Below, piece by piece: positions 10,333 to 20,908 of a stretch of 64,000 nt of DNA. Each line of letters opens with the position of its first letter. The stretch's first letter is position 1. The DNA is from Terriglobia bacterium (GTDB lineage Bacteria > Acidobacteriota > Terriglobia > 20CM-2-55-15). The DNA is taken from positions 508,438-572,437 of the forward strand of contig CAXWPJ010000010.1 in NCBI GenBank assembly GCA_963664115.2, in the 5' to 3' direction. The notes below the pieces were generated by a model. That model did not search any database, was not told the origin of the DNA, and was given only the letters and a program-made list of their open reading frames with translations. The position numbers and the translations under genes are program-made.

Positions 10333-10609
10333 GTTCTTTCCCTCTCCATCCCTCTCCATTCCTCTCAATGCTGAAATCTTCCTATACCCGATCCGATACT
10401 GTCACCGAAGAGTGGCGATGTTCCCACAACCCCACGCCACGGTCAATCGTCCCAAGCGGTGGAAGCACTGTTCTTCCTTTGCGTAACGGACACAGCCATA
10501 GAGCCCCGATCCCGGAAGCGAACGCTTCGAAAACTCGCAGCTTCGGAGTTTGTTTTCGCAAGCAATTGAGGATTCGTTTTGGAGCTTTTCTTCGGTGAAG
10601 TAAGCGCCC

Positions 10610-12103
10610 TCAAACGCGTGCCTTTCGCGCGCGGTAGGCGTTCGCGAGGGGAACGGCGAGCAGTGCGATGAGTGCTAACAAGAGCAACGTTGCGGAAATG
10701 CCTCGGGTCAAGAATATGGACGGGTCGCCCTGCGAGATCGCCAGCGCCCGCCGGAATTGTTGTTCCGCCATCGGCCCGAGGATCATGCCGATGATGGCGG
10801 GAGCTACGGGGATGTCGACGCGGCGCATGATGAAGCCGATCAGGCCGATGGCGTACATGAGGCCGACATCGAAAGCAGAGTTATTCAGGCTGTAGGTCCC
10901 GAGCGTCGCAAAGACGAGAATGCCCCCGTACAAAAGGGGTGCCGGAATTTTGAGCAGCCGTGCCCAGAGCGGCGCCAGGGGAAGGTTCAGGACCACGAGC
11001 ATCGTGTTGCCTATGTAGAGGCTGGCAATCAGTCCCCAGACCAGCTCGGGATTGGTAGTGAAGATCAAAGGTCCCGGCTGGAGGTTGAATTGCTGAAAAG
11101 CCGCCAGCATGATCGCTGCGGTCGAAGACGTCGGCAGTCCGAGCGTCAGCAAGGGCACGAGCACACCCGCAGCCGCGGCGTTGTTCGCAGCCTCGGGGCC
11201 GGCCACCCCCTCGATCGCGCCGTGACCGAATTCCTCCGGGTGCTTCGAGAGTCGCCGTTCGAGTGAATAGGACAGAAAGGTCGGGATCTCCGCGCCTCCC
11301 GTGGGCAGACAGCCGATGGGAAAACCCAGCAGCGTGCCCCTCAGCCATGGTTTCCAGGAACGCTTAAGGTCTTCGCGTGACATCCACGTCCAACCTCGAA
11401 CCTGTATCAATGCGTCTCGCGCACGTGGCTGGGACGCGAGAAACAGAGTCTCTCCGACGGCAAAAAGGCCGACCGCAACAACGACGACGTGGATACCGTC
11501 GAGCAATTGTGGAAATCCCAGCGTATAGCGCGCCTGCCCTGTCTGCAGATCGATACCCACGAGACCCAGAGCGAGACCGAAGAACAGACTCACCAGTCCT
11601 CGCGACGGGGTTTTTCCCAGCATCGAGGAAATCGTGGTGAAGCCGAGGACGATGAGCGCGAAGTATTCCGCCGGACCAAAGTTCAGCGCGAATCTTGCCA
11701 TTGCTGGGGCAGCGAAAGTCAGCCCAAGAGTAGCAATCGTGCCGGCAACGAAGGAACCGAGCGCTGCCGTAGCGAGCGCCGCCGATGCGCGCCCCGCGCG
11801 GGCCATTTTGTTGCCTTCAAGTGCCGTGACGATGCTGCCGCTCTCGCCCGGCGTATTCAGCAGGATCGACGTCGTTGATCCGCCGTACATCGCTCCGTAG
11901 TAGATGCCTGCGAACATGATGAAGGCCGCGACCGCTTCGAGCCCGTAGGTCACCGGCAGCAGCAGTGCAACGGTCAGCGCCGGACCGATGCCGGGAAGGA
12001 TTCCCACCATGGTGCCGATCAGAACGCCCACGAAAGCCCAAAGGAGATTCGCCGGCTCGAGGGCGACCCCAAAGCCATCAGCGAGCAGTTGTAGAGATTC
12101 CAT
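10610..12103 (-). CDS. tctA: Tripartite tricarboxylate transporter large permease
   Basis: [27 protein letters not shown] motifs; highly hydrophobic. Confidence 0.95.
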   Translation of the reverse strand: MESLQLLADGFGVALEPANLLWAFVGVLIGTMVGILPGIGPALTVALLLPVTYGLEAVAAFIMFAGIYYGAMYGGSTTSILLNTPGESGSIVTALEGNKMARAGRASAALATAALGSFVAGTIATLGLTFAAPAMARFALNFGPAEYFALIVLGFTTISSMLGKTPSRGLVSLFFGLALGLVGIDLQTGQARYTLGFPQLLDGIHVVVVAVGLFAVGETLFLASQPRARDALIQVRGWTWMSREDLKRSWKPWLRGTLLGFPIGCLPTGGAEIPTFLSYSLERRLSKHPEEFGHGAIEGVAGPEAANNAAAAGVLVPLLTLGLPTSSTAAIMLAAFQQFNLQPGPLIFTTNPELVWGLIASLYIGNTMLVVLNLPLAPLWARLLKIPAPLLYGGILVFATLGTYSLNNSAFDVGLMYAIGLIGFIMRRVDIPVAPAIIGMILGPMAEQQFRRALAISQGDPSIFLTRGISATLLLLALIALLAVPLANAYRARKARV

Positions 12104-12592
12104 TCAGAACAACCCGTTGAGGGCGCCCTGTGGCAATTGGAGACCCAGGCCCCGCGTGAAAGCGAGGTAGACGGTAAGGGAAAGCAGCAACGCGACGGCC
12201 CCGTCCCGCCATGGACGCCGGCTCTGGAAGGCACGCGCGACGAGCCAGAACAAGAGCACGGCGGTCAGGACAAACCCCAGGCTCTCGAGAAAAATCACGC
12301 TCAAGACGAGCGCGAGCGTCAAGATGCCCACCTCGGGCCAACTCGTGGTGAGGTGAGGGTCGTCTGCGAAAGGCCGCCCTCGTTTCAGGGCTTCCCTTGC
12401 CAGAAAGCTTCCGGAAACGACCAGGCCGATGGCGATGAGATATGGGAAAAAACGCGGGCCGATGCGGTCGTAGCCCGACCCGAAATTAATTGTGAGGCTG
12501 CCGACAAGGACAAACACTCCGAGTCCGACAGCGACGATCGCGACGACGACCTCTACCCGGTCTGGACCTTGCTTGCTTGGGTCGGAAAGCAC
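12104..12592 (-). CDS. tctB: Tripartite tricarboxylate transporter small permease
   Basis: GPRFFP and LGLQLPQG motifs; lies between tctC and tctA. Confidence 0.9.
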   Translation of the reverse strand: MLSDPSKQGPDRVEVVVAIVAVGLGVFVLVGSLTINFGSGYDRIGPRFFPYLIAIGLVVSGSFLAREALKRGRPFADDPHLTTSWPEVGILTLALVLSVIFLESLGFVLTAVLLFWLVARAFQSRRPWRDGAVALLLSLTVYLAFTRGLGLQLPQGALNGLF

Positions 12593-12608
12593 GAGAAGGA
12601 AGTTTCAA

Positions 12609-13619
12609 TCAGTTGAGAAGACCGATGGATTCGAGGACTGCCACGGCGCGTGCGTCCTCCTGTATCAGAAATTCTTCGTATTCCACGCCTGTCAGATAGA
12701 GATCGATCCAGTTGTTTTGCGCGAGCGCTGTCTTCCATTCATTGGAAGCATGCATTCTATCCATTAGCGCAACGAGATCCGCCCGCTGCCCATCCGTGAT
12801 GCCCGGGGGCGCTGCCACCGCACGCCAGTTTGCCATCGCGACGTCGAGGCCCTGTTCCCTGAACGTCGGAATATCCACGCCTCTCACCCGCTCTTCGCTT
12901 GAGATCGCCAGAGGCCGCAACTGCCGGGCCTCGATGAACGGGACCAGCTCCGCGTAACCATTCATGCCGGCCGCCACGTGGCCACCCAGAAGCGAGGCGA
13001 GAGCCTCACCGCCGCCTGAATGCGGCAAGTAGTTGATCAAGTTGACATCGATGCCCGCTTCACGCGCGAGCAGTCCCGTCAACATGTGGTCGGTCCCCCC
13101 CGCCGAGCCTCCGGCGATTGCGAGAGCGCCCGGATCGAGTTTCCAGGCCGCTACAAAATCATCGAGCGTCTGATGGGGCGAGTCTGCGGGAACCACCAGG
13201 AGATCGTATTCCCCGAGCAGTCGGGCGATGGGAGTCACCTGCTCGAGCGTCACAGGGGAGTCATTGGTCAGGATGGCCCCCATCATGATGAGGCCCGTCA
13301 CCATTAACAGGTTCGGGTCACCCGCATTTCGGTTCACAACCCGGGCGAGGCCGATCACGCCTCCCGCACCGGGAACGTTCGTCACCTGCGGCGTGGCCGC
13401 CAGATCGGTATCGCGCAGTACCTGCGCCATGACACGAGCCGTCTGGTCCCACCCACCTCCGGGCGCCGCCGGCGCGACTAAGGTCAGGGTGTTCGAGGCC
13501 GGGGCGGAGTCGCCGCAACCCGCCAGGCCGATCAGGATGAAAGCCCCAAGGAGAACGCTCGGTGCACGAGTCACGATGTGTTTCCAACGGTATGTCGAAG
13601 AGTATGTCGAAAACTTCAT
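12609..13619 (-). CDS. tctC: Tripartite tricarboxylate transporter substrate-binding lipoprotein
   Basis: PAAPGGGWDQTAR, NVPGAGG; lipobox LAGC. Confidence 0.92.
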   Translation of the reverse strand: MKFSTYSSTYRWKHIVTRAPSVLLGAFILIGLAGCGDSAPASNTLTLVAPAAPGGGWDQTARVMAQVLRDTDLAATPQVTNVPGAGGVIGLARVVNRNAGDPNLLMVTGLIMMGAILTNDSPVTLEQVTPIARLLGEYDLLVVPADSPHQTLDDFVAAWKLDPGALAIAGGSAGGTDHMLTGLLAREAGIDVNLINYLPHSGGGEALASLLGGHVAAGMNGYAELVPFIEARQLRPLAISSEERVRGVDIPTFREQGLDVAMANWRAVAAPPGITDGQRADLVALMDRMHASNEWKTALAQNNWIDLYLTGVEYEEFLIQEDARAVAVLESIGLLN

Positions 13620-14776
13620 AACTCTCCCTCCTGCCGGGCAGACTCTTGGGCAGACTCTTGGGCAGAAATGATGAGGGCTCCAAATCGGTAGATCCCGTGT
13701 ACGAACTTGCCGTAAGGCATCGTCAGGAACAGCCCCATCACGACTCCCAAATGCACGGTTAGAGTAACACCCATCATGGCCGTCTCGCGCAACAACAGGA
13801 GCAACAGACCGGTCAGGCTCGTCAGGAACAACAGCACGAGAAAAGCGACGTCCATCCGACTCCCCAACGGGTCAGCCGGTTCGGGATCACGGATGGATTT
13901 GAGTCGGAGCAAACCGACAGGACCGACGAGGAGTCCCACGCCTCCCAGAGAACCGAGAATCACGGGCATGCTGAGGAAATCATAGGGGGCTTCCCAACCG
14001 AGCAGGTTGTGGTAGATCGCGGCAATCGTCGTCGACGCCAGGCAGAGACAGAATCCGTAGAAGGTCAGGTGATGGAACCTGCGCCTCGTGGAAGATGCCC
14101 GCTCATCCGGATAGGCACAGCCGTCACCACCCCCACCCGCAACACCCGCACCTCCACCGAGATAGCGCAAGCTGAAGCTATCTGAAAGAGCGCGTCTGAT
14201 TGCGGGGACGTCAAGCCACGTCCCCGCGTCTTGCCCCGACTCACGCCAGAAGTTACGAAACCCCATCGCGAAAGCGAGAAGCACGAACACTCCAACGAAG
14301 CTGAATGCCGAAACCATCACGCCGTGAGGGATGACTTGATAGAACGAGCCCGCTTCAACCGGGTGAGGGGCGAACACCGTCGAAGCATCCGCAAATGCGA
14401 GTATTCCCAACAAGAACAGAACCGGACTCAGAAAAAGACTCAGCACAAGTGCCGGACCCGTTTTCCCAAGTAGTCCGACAAGAAACCCGGGCCAGGCATA
14501 CTGGCTGTAGGATTCCCGCCTCAAGCTGGCGAGAGTCTGGGGAACATTCAGATTGAATTCGTGAGGCGGCGCGTACTGGCAGGAGTAGTAACACTCGCGA
14601 CAATCGTGACAGAGGTTCGCGAGGTAGCCAAGATCCTGCCCGGTGAACGTCAGCCGCCGCTCGAGGGCCGGAAAGACGGCGCAAAACCCCTCGCAGTAGC
14701 GGCAGGCGTTGCAGATGCTCATCGCGCGCCCGCCTTCCTTGACAAGATCCAGGAGTGAGGAATCAGTTGAGGACAC
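13616..14776 (-). CDS. tcuB: Tricarballylate utilization Fe-S membrane protein
   Basis: ICNACRYCEGFCAVFPA, LCHDCRECYYSCQYAPPHEF, PYGKFVH. Confidence 0.93.
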   Translation of the reverse strand: MSSTDSSLLDLVKEGGRAMSICNACRYCEGFCAVFPALERRLTFTGQDLGYLANLCHDCRECYYSCQYAPPHEFNLNVPQTLASLRRESYSQYAWPGFLVGLLGKTGPALVLSLFLSPVLFLLGILAFADASTVFAPHPVEAGSFYQVIPHGVMVSAFSFVGVFVLLAFAMGFRNFWRESGQDAGTWLDVPAIRRALSDSFSLRYLGGGAGVAGGGGDGCAYPDERASSTRRRFHHLTFYGFCLCLASTTIAAIYHNLLGWEAPYDFLSMPVILGSLGGVGLLVGPVGLLRLKSIRDPEPADPLGSRMDVAFLVLLFLTSLTGLLLLLLRETAMMGVTLTVHLGVVMGLFLTMPYGKFVHGIYRFGALIISAQESAQESARQEGEL

Positions 14777-16157
14777 TGCGCGCTGCCTCCTCTCCGGCGA
14801 TACGTCCGAACACCGTCCCGATCGTCATCCCGATACCCGCCAGATACCCCTTACCCAGAATGTTGCCGGCCATGGTCTCACCGGCAGCGAAAACATTGTC
14901 CGTAGCCACGTTGTTGTTCATCACCACCTGAGCCCTCTCGTTCACCGCTACACCACGATATGTGAACGTGATTCCCGGTCGCAGGGGATAGGCGAAATAC
15001 GGAGGCGTGTCCAGAGGGCGGGCCCAGTGGCTCTTCGGGGGCCCCAACCCTTCCGTGCGGCAATCGTCGAGCACCGCATGGTCGAAGGTGCCCGCCCGGA
15101 CGGCGGCGTTGAACTCCCCAACCGTACGCTCGAGCGGTCCGGAGGCTATGGAAAGTTGACCGGCAAGCTCCGGCAGGGTCGCCGCTTCGATCGGCGGATA
15201 GACCGGCGGCAAAAACAAGCCCATCGATTTGCGATCGATGATCGAATAGGCGATTTGATCGGGCTGGTCCGCGATCAGCAGTCCCCAGATCGCATAGCGT
15301 TTCGGCCAGAAGTCCTCGCCTTCGTCATAGAAACGAACACCCTCCTGATTGACGACGATCCCCAAAGACACGGAATCGACCCGGGTCACAATGCCCCCGT
15401 CGAAACGCGGGGCACGCGCATCGACGGCGATCGCATGACACTGGGTCGGATCCCCAACGCTCATTGCATTGCACTCTTCGAGGCTACGCAGGACCGTCCC
15501 GGTGTTGAACGGCGTCCCCCGAATTACGAAGTTGTCCGCCCTCTCACCCCAGACTTCTTTGAGCCATTCGAGATTCGCCTGAAAACCTCCAGAGGCGGCA
15601 ATGAGCGCGCCCGCCCGAACCTGGCGAGAAATCCCATCGCACCGGACTGTGGCCGATCGAAACCGTCCATCCCGGATGTCCAGCCCCCGGACCTCGGTTT
15701 CATATTCGATGTCGACGCCCATGCCTTCGGCCCTTCGGTAATACGCGTTCAGAAGCGCTTTGCCTCCCCCGAGGAAGAACGCGTTCGTGCGGGAGAGGTG
15801 GAGCGTCCCGGCAAGCGCCGGCTGAAATCGCACTCCCTGCTCTATCATCCATTCGCAACAGGTGGCCGACCCTTCGAGCGTGATGCGAGCGAGCGTCTCG
15901 TTCGTTTCTCCTCCCGTCACCTGGAGCAAATCGTCCCAGTACTCGGAGAAGGAATAGGCGTCTGTCAAAACGTCCGTGGGTTGGGCGTGCACGCAGCGGA
16001 GGTTTCGCGTGTGGCGGCTGTTACCACCACGCAGTCCTCGCGGCGCCACTTCGAGCAGCAGCACGCTTGCCCCGGCGCGTCGCGCACTGATTGCCGCGCA
16101 GAGCGCGGCATTGCCGCCGCCAACCACCAGCACGTCATGGGCGGATTCCCTTTTCAT
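14763..16157 (-). CDS. tcuA: FAD-dependent tricarballylate dehydrogenase
   Basis: GGGNAALCAA, RGGNSRHTRN, RTNAFFLGGGKAL, GEDFWPKRYAIWG. Confidence 0.93.
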   Translation of the reverse strand: MKRESAHDVLVVGGGNAALCAAISARRAGASVLLLEVAPRGLRGGNSRHTRNLRCVHAQPTDVLTDAYSFSEYWDDLLQVTGGETNETLARITLEGSATCCEWMIEQGVRFQPALAGTLHLSRTNAFFLGGGKALLNAYYRRAEGMGVDIEYETEVRGLDIRDGRFRSATVRCDGISRQVRAGALIAASGGFQANLEWLKEVWGERADNFVIRGTPFNTGTVLRSLEECNAMSVGDPTQCHAIAVDARAPRFDGGIVTRVDSVSLGIVVNQEGVRFYDEGEDFWPKRYAIWGLLIADQPDQIAYSIIDRKSMGLFLPPVYPPIEAATLPELAGQLSIASGPLERTVGEFNAAVRAGTFDHAVLDDCRTEGLGPPKSHWARPLDTPPYFAYPLRPGITFTYRGVAVNERAQVVMNNNVATDNVFAAGETMAGNILGKGYLAGIGMTIGTVFGRIAGEEAARSVLN

Positions 16158-16399
16158 CAGGAAGATTGACCTCTTTCAAGAATCGTGATTGCCTGCTCGA
16201 TGCAGTTTTCGCGCACAAGACGTCCAAGGGAAAAGGCGTGTGTTTCGTGCCAAACTGACAAGGTCACCGCACGTCCCCTCAGGTTCGGGTCCTGTGGTAT
16301 TGGAACACCTGCTTCGGCATTGGCAGGTTTCAGCCTTATCCAAGGAGAGCTTTGGGATAATCCGCACAGTGCTATCAGCCTGTAGCTCTGCTCGCCCGA

Positions 16400-17326
16400 C
16401 TAGTGCTGGCGGATAAACTCGAGTACGGCCCGGTTAAATATCTCCGGCTGCTCCCAGTAAGTGGAGTGTCCCGCATCGGGCACAACCATGGACTCGGAAT
16501 TTCTGATTCGGGTTGTGTAAAAGCGCTGCAGCGGAGGCGGCGCGGACAAGTCTGCACCCCCTGAGATCAGCAGGGTCGGGATCTCGATCCCCTCGAGAAG
16601 AGAGAACGTCAGGCGATTCCGCAACGGTTGAGTATCTAGTATCGGCCCCTCCGGCCTGCTCCTGCTTTCGAACTCCATCCAGCGGCGAGTGCCCTCCGGG
16701 TTGGCCGCCCGGTACACAGGCCCTAACTCCCGGAACCAGCGAGGCAAGTCGGGGTACTGGGGAGGCCGGAGACCGCTGACCAATTCCAGATACTCTTCAT
16801 CCTCCACCCTACCGACGTTGTTGGCGATCACAAGGCTCCGGAGCCGCTCGGGAAACGATACCGCATAGTCCATAGCGACAGATCCACCAGCTGCCGTAGC
16901 CACCAGGTGAAAGCGGTCCACCCCCAGGTAGTCCATCAGGTTTTGCAGGTCGTCGGCGGCTGTGCCGGGCTGCACCCCCGAGGGATCAACCTCAGAACGG
17001 CCCCATCCCCGCCGATCGTAAGCGATGAAGCGGTATCCAGCTGCGGTGAATGTTGGAATTTGGTGCTCCCAGACCTCGCTGCTGCCGGATGCTGCGTGCA
17101 GGAACACCGCGGGGACTCCACTGCCGCCGGAGTCCTTGAACCAAATGCGGACTCCGGGAAGCTCCGCGTACGCCTCGCGGGCTGCGGCCGCCCCCGGCGC
17201 TTGAGGGGGCGCCTGTGCTGACGATGCAGAGGTCGTAAAGACCCCGGTGCCGGTGATTGCAAGAACTGACACACCGATCAGCAAATAGAGCCGGTGAATC
17301 TTGTCCTCAATACGCGGTCGGGCCAT
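16400..17326 (-). CDS. Exported alpha/beta-fold hydrolase (nucleophile elbow ATAAGG lacks Ser)
   Basis: FLHAASG, YDRRGWGRS, PDAGH; signal-like N-terminus. Confidence 0.85.
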   Translation of the reverse strand: MARPRIEDKIHRLYLLIGVSVLAITGTGVFTTSASSAQAPPQAPGAAAAREAYAELPGVRIWFKDSGGSGVPAVFLHAASGSSEVWEHQIPTFTAAGYRFIAYDRRGWGRSEVDPSGVQPGTAADDLQNLMDYLGVDRFHLVATAAGGSVAMDYAVSFPERLRSLVIANNVGRVEDEEYLELVSGLRPPQYPDLPRWFRELGPVYRAANPEGTRRWMEFESRSRPEGPILDTQPLRNRLTFSLLEGIEIPTLLISGGADLSAPPPLQRFYTTRIRNSESMVVPDAGHSTYWEQPEIFNRAVLEFIRQH

Positions 17327-17525
17327 GCGCCAAGAATACTACGAGCAGAACCGCCACTCCATGCTTAAAGACATCTTAGGTGAGCCCCGCAGTCTGCGCC
17401 CTCGGGCAGAGGAGTTGTTCAAACTCTGATAGAAATGAGGCGTCCTTTAGTTCTGAGAACGTCAAGGTCGACAACAGTTCGTCCGCCGCTCGAATGTTTC
17501 GATAGACTACCGACAGGAGGATCGC

Positions 17526-19772
17526 ATGAGCTCGACCAAAGACACGGCCGTTCCACAAATGGAATTTCGGGAGAACGGTCCGATCAAGGTTTCCTCTCTG
17601 GATAACCTGACAGGCCCCGACGGCGAAAAGATTCCCTCAAAGAAAGTGATCGCTCTCTGCCGCTGCGGCCGTTCGAAGAACAAACCCTTCTGCGACGGCA
17701 CGCACAAGACCTCTGGATTTTCGGACCAGAAAACCAGCGATGGGAAATGGGACGAGCGGGTCAACTACGTCGGCAAGAAGATCGCGATACATGACAACCG
17801 GGCCGTTTGTTCCCACGCCGGGGTCTGCACGGCCAGGCTGCCCGCCGTCTGGCGCATGAAGGAGGAACCATGGATTGAGCCCGACGGCGCGGCGGTCGAT
17901 GCAATCATCGAAGCCATCCAGGCCTGCCCTTCGGGCGCCCTCAGTTACACCATCGACGACGTCGAGCATCGCGATCAGGATAGAGAGCCCGCCGTCCAGG
18001 CTACGAAAGACGGCCCGTTCGCAGTTCAGGATCGGGTAGCCATCGAAAGTGTCGCTCAGGGAGAAGGGGCATCCGAGGAACATTTCGCGCTATGCCGCTG
18101 TGGAGAGTCTAAGAACAAACCTTTTTGCGACGGCACCCACTGGCCGGTCCATTTCAAGAGCGACAACAGCGTCAAGGTGGCCGACCTGGCGGATATGAAA
18201 GACGATGCACTGCTGCATGTCCAGGTCGAAGGCACCGACCTCGTGGTGATCAAGACCGGGGGAACCGCTTCGGTACTTGACGGCAAATGCCGCCACCAGG
18301 GCGCTCTGATGTCTGACGGCGCGGTTGACGGGGAAGACCTTGTCTGCGGGCTCCATGGTTGGACATACAACTCGGTTACTGGCATCAACGCCGACGGGAG
18401 TGGAACCGATCTCAAGAACTTCCGGTCATGGATCGAACGCGACACCGTGGTATTCATCGATGCGGACGAAATCACGGCCTGGAAGAAGGGAAGCTCAGAG
18501 TCGACGCCAGCCGCAGCTGCCAAAGCGGCCTCGCCGGGGAGCACTCCCGAAGAGCCCTTCAACGCATATATCCAGGAATTGGCCGAACACGGTCTCGACC
18601 AGGTGGGCACCCATGGTCGATTCGCCGCCATGGGCGTTCCGCGTTACGAGCTTCCAGGCTGGGACGACCTTCAGTTCGTGACGGCGCAGTTACACACGCT
18701 GCCCCAACTCGACGATGTGCCTGTGGGGACCGAACTGGTCATCGGCCCGAGGGCGCGAAAGCCGCTGCGCCTTGAAATCCCGATCTTTGTTTCGGACATG
18801 AGCTTTGGTGCGCTGTCGGAAGAAGCCAAGATCGCGCTGGCATCCGGCGCCGAGATGGCCGGCACAGGAATCTGCTCGGGCGAAGGTGGGATGCTCCCGG
18901 AAGAACAAGCTGCGAACAGCCGGTATTTCTATGAGTTGGCTTCCGCTCGATTCGGCTTCAGCTTCGAACAACTCGCTAAAGTTCAGGCGTTTCATTTCAA
19001 GGGCGGACAGGGCGCCAAGACCGGAACCGGCGGACATTTACCGGGAGTCAAGGTATCTAAAAAAATAGCGGCCGTTCGCGGACTCGAAGAGGGACAGGCC
19101 GCAGTCTCACCCGCTCGTTTTCCCGACTGGAACAGCGTGGACGACTTTCGAAAGTTTGCCGACGAGGTCCGCCAACGCACGGGAGGCATTCCGATTGGAT
19201 TCAAGCTCTCAGCGCAGCACATCGAAAAAGACATCGAGTCGGCCATTGCCGCGGGCGCCGACTACATCATCCTCGACGGCCGCGGCGGTGGAACCGGCGC
19301 CGCGCCTCTTCTCTTTCGGGACAATATTTCCGTGCCCACGCTGCCTGCGCTGGCGCGTGCCCGGAAGTACCTGAACGAATCGGGCCACAGCGACGTCACT
19401 CTGATCGCAACCGGCGGCCTGCGTACGCCCGCTGATTTCTCCAAAGCTCTGGCTCTCGGCGCCGACGGCATCGCGATCGCCAACTCCGCGATCCAGGCCA
19501 TAGGTTGCGTGGCCACACGCGCGTGTCACACCAACAACTGCCCGACCGGTATCGCGACCCAGAAGGAACACCTCAGAGCCCGGCTCAAACCGGAGGTGGG
19601 CGCAGAAAAACTGAATCGTTTCCTCAGAGCGGCAGTCGGGTTGATGGCTGTCATGGCCCGGGCCTGCGGCCACACCCACCTGAACCAGTTTTCTGCCCAC
19701 GACCTGACGACATGGAAACGTGATGTGGCCTACCTGACGGGCGTGAAATACGGCGGCGTCACGCCGCTCTAG
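17526..19772 (+). CDS. FMN-binding glutamate-synthase-like protein fused to CDGSH, Fe-S and Rieske domains
   Basis: Two LCRCGxSKNKPFCDGTH; CSHAGVC/CPSGAL; CRH...CGLH Rieske; SDMSFGALS, GQGAKTGTGGHL, GCVATRACHTNNCPTG. Confidence 0.9.
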   Translation: MSSTKDTAVPQMEFRENGPIKVSSLDNLTGPDGEKIPSKKVIALCRCGRSKNKPFCDGTHKTSGFSDQKTSDGKWDERVNYVGKKIAIHDNRAVCSHAGVCTARLPAVWRMKEEPWIEPDGAAVDAIIEAIQACPSGALSYTIDDVEHRDQDREPAVQATKDGPFAVQDRVAIESVAQGEGASEEHFALCRCGESKNKPFCDGTHWPVHFKSDNSVKVADLADMKDDALLHVQVEGTDLVVIKTGGTASVLDGKCRHQGALMSDGAVDGEDLVCGLHGWTYNSVTGINADGSGTDLKNFRSWIERDTVVFIDADEITAWKKGSSESTPAAAAKAASPGSTPEEPFNAYIQELAEHGLDQVGTHGRFAAMGVPRYELPGWDDLQFVTAQLHTLPQLDDVPVGTELVIGPRARKPLRLEIPIFVSDMSFGALSEEAKIALASGAEMAGTGICSGEGGMLPEEQAANSRYFYELASARFGFSFEQLAKVQAFHFKGGQGAKTGTGGHLPGVKVSKKIAAVRGLEEGQAAVSPARFPDWNSVDDFRKFADEVRQRTGGIPIGFKLSAQHIEKDIESAIAAGADYIILDGRGGGTGAAPLLFRDNISVPTLPALARARKYLNESGHSDVTLIATGGLRTPADFSKALALGADGIAIANSAIQAIGCVATRACHTNNCPTGIATQKEHLRARLKPEVGAEKLNRFLRAAVGLMAVMARACGHTHLNQFSAHDLTTWKRDVAYLTGVKYGGVTPL

Positions 19773-19845
19773 CCCACCCATCGCTACGGACGACTGAGGT
19801 CGACTGTTCGATTGTTTCTTCTGCAGGTGCGAAGGGACGAAGAAA

Positions 19846-19873
19846 TTGACAACGCTCATTGGTTTGTTAAACT
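19846..19873 (+). promoter_or_regulatory. Candidate sigma70 promoter of the 19993-23315 operon
   Basis: TTGACA-N16-TAAACT with extended -10 TG. Confidence 0.5.
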
Positions 19874-19992
19874 GGCGTGACTATCCACTTCAAGAACAGA
19901 ACGACGTGTGAACCGGCACTGCATTTCGGCGCAATTCACACTGCCCCCACACGAGTTTGAGAGTGGCGCTTGAATCTTTTACAGGAGAGACC

Positions 19993-20889
19993 ATGGATTT
20001 CCTTTATCACGCCAGAATCACAGGTCCTTTATGTTTGCTGGTGATCGTTTTGGCCTCTATGCCGGCCTTTGGCCAAACCACGGATTTTTCCGGGGACTGG
20101 GCCGAGAGGAGTCACGAAGACAACTGGGGCCGGAGGGGTGGTCCTTGCCCTTCGCCTCAGTGTGGCGGTCCGGCACTCGGCGATTACCTCGGATTTGCGC
20201 TCACCGACGCAGGCCGGATGAGGGCCGATACGGCTGACGTTGCGGACTGGGAACTACCGGAATTCCAATGCCGGCCGCACCCTGTCCCCTATGTGTGGCG
20301 TGCTGCAGGGGGCGTACGGATCGACAAGGAAATCGATCCCGTTACGCGGGAACTCGTCGCCTACCACGTCAACTGGGTCCGGTCGTTGGACCGGACGATT
20401 TACATGGATGGCCGCCCGCATCCTCCGGAATACGCGGCACATACTTGGGAGGGTTTCTCCACAGGACGGTGGGACGGAAACACCCTGGTGGTTACGACGA
20501 CTCACCTCAAAGAAAGTTATTTGAGACGCAACGGCGTGAAGTCCACGGATCAGGTCAAGGTCACCGAATATCTGACGCGGCACGGGAACATTCTTACGGT
20601 CGTCGCGATGATAGAGGACCCCGTGTATCTGGAAGAACCCTACATCTTTTCCGTCAGTTACGTCCGGGATCTGCACACGAGCTTGACCTACTATCCCTGC
20701 ACCATCGTGGAAAGCGTAGACATCACTCCCGTCGTGCCGCACTTCTTGCCGGGTGAGAACCCGAATCTGACGGACTGGACGGCTCAATTCGGGATACCCA
20801 TAGAGGCTGCGAGAGGGTACCGCAAAGCGTTGTACCCGGAATATCAACTCGAAATAAACAACTCGCCGTCCGGCCCCGACACGAATTGA
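19993..20889 (+). CDS. Exported protein of the DUF6152-partner family
   Basis: AGGAG SD; signal peptide; DFSGDW, QCRPHP, GFSTGRWDGNTLVVTT, IEDP, YPC. Confidence 0.85.
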   Translation: MDFLYHARITGPLCLLVIVLASMPAFGQTTDFSGDWAERSHEDNWGRRGGPCPSPQCGGPALGDYLGFALTDAGRMRADTADVADWELPEFQCRPHPVPYVWRAAGGVRIDKEIDPVTRELVAYHVNWVRSLDRTIYMDGRPHPPEYAAHTWEGFSTGRWDGNTLVVTTTHLKESYLRRNGVKSTDQVKVTEYLTRHGNILTVVAMIEDPVYLEEPYIFSVSYVRDLHTSLTYYPCTIVESVDITPVVPHFLPGENPNLTDWTAQFGIPIEAARGYRKALYPEYQLEINNSPSGPDTN

Positions 20890-20908
20890 TGAAACTCCGG
20901 GAGCATGT

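Noticed and set aside
13637-13667. 12-bp tandem repeat GGGCAGACTCTT
   Set aside because: In-frame slippage duplication in the TcuB C-terminal tail (AQES AQES); no array structure
16240-16260. Sigma54 promoter upstream of tcuA (TGGCAC on the minus strand)
   Set aside because: The -12 TTGC element is absent at the required spacing
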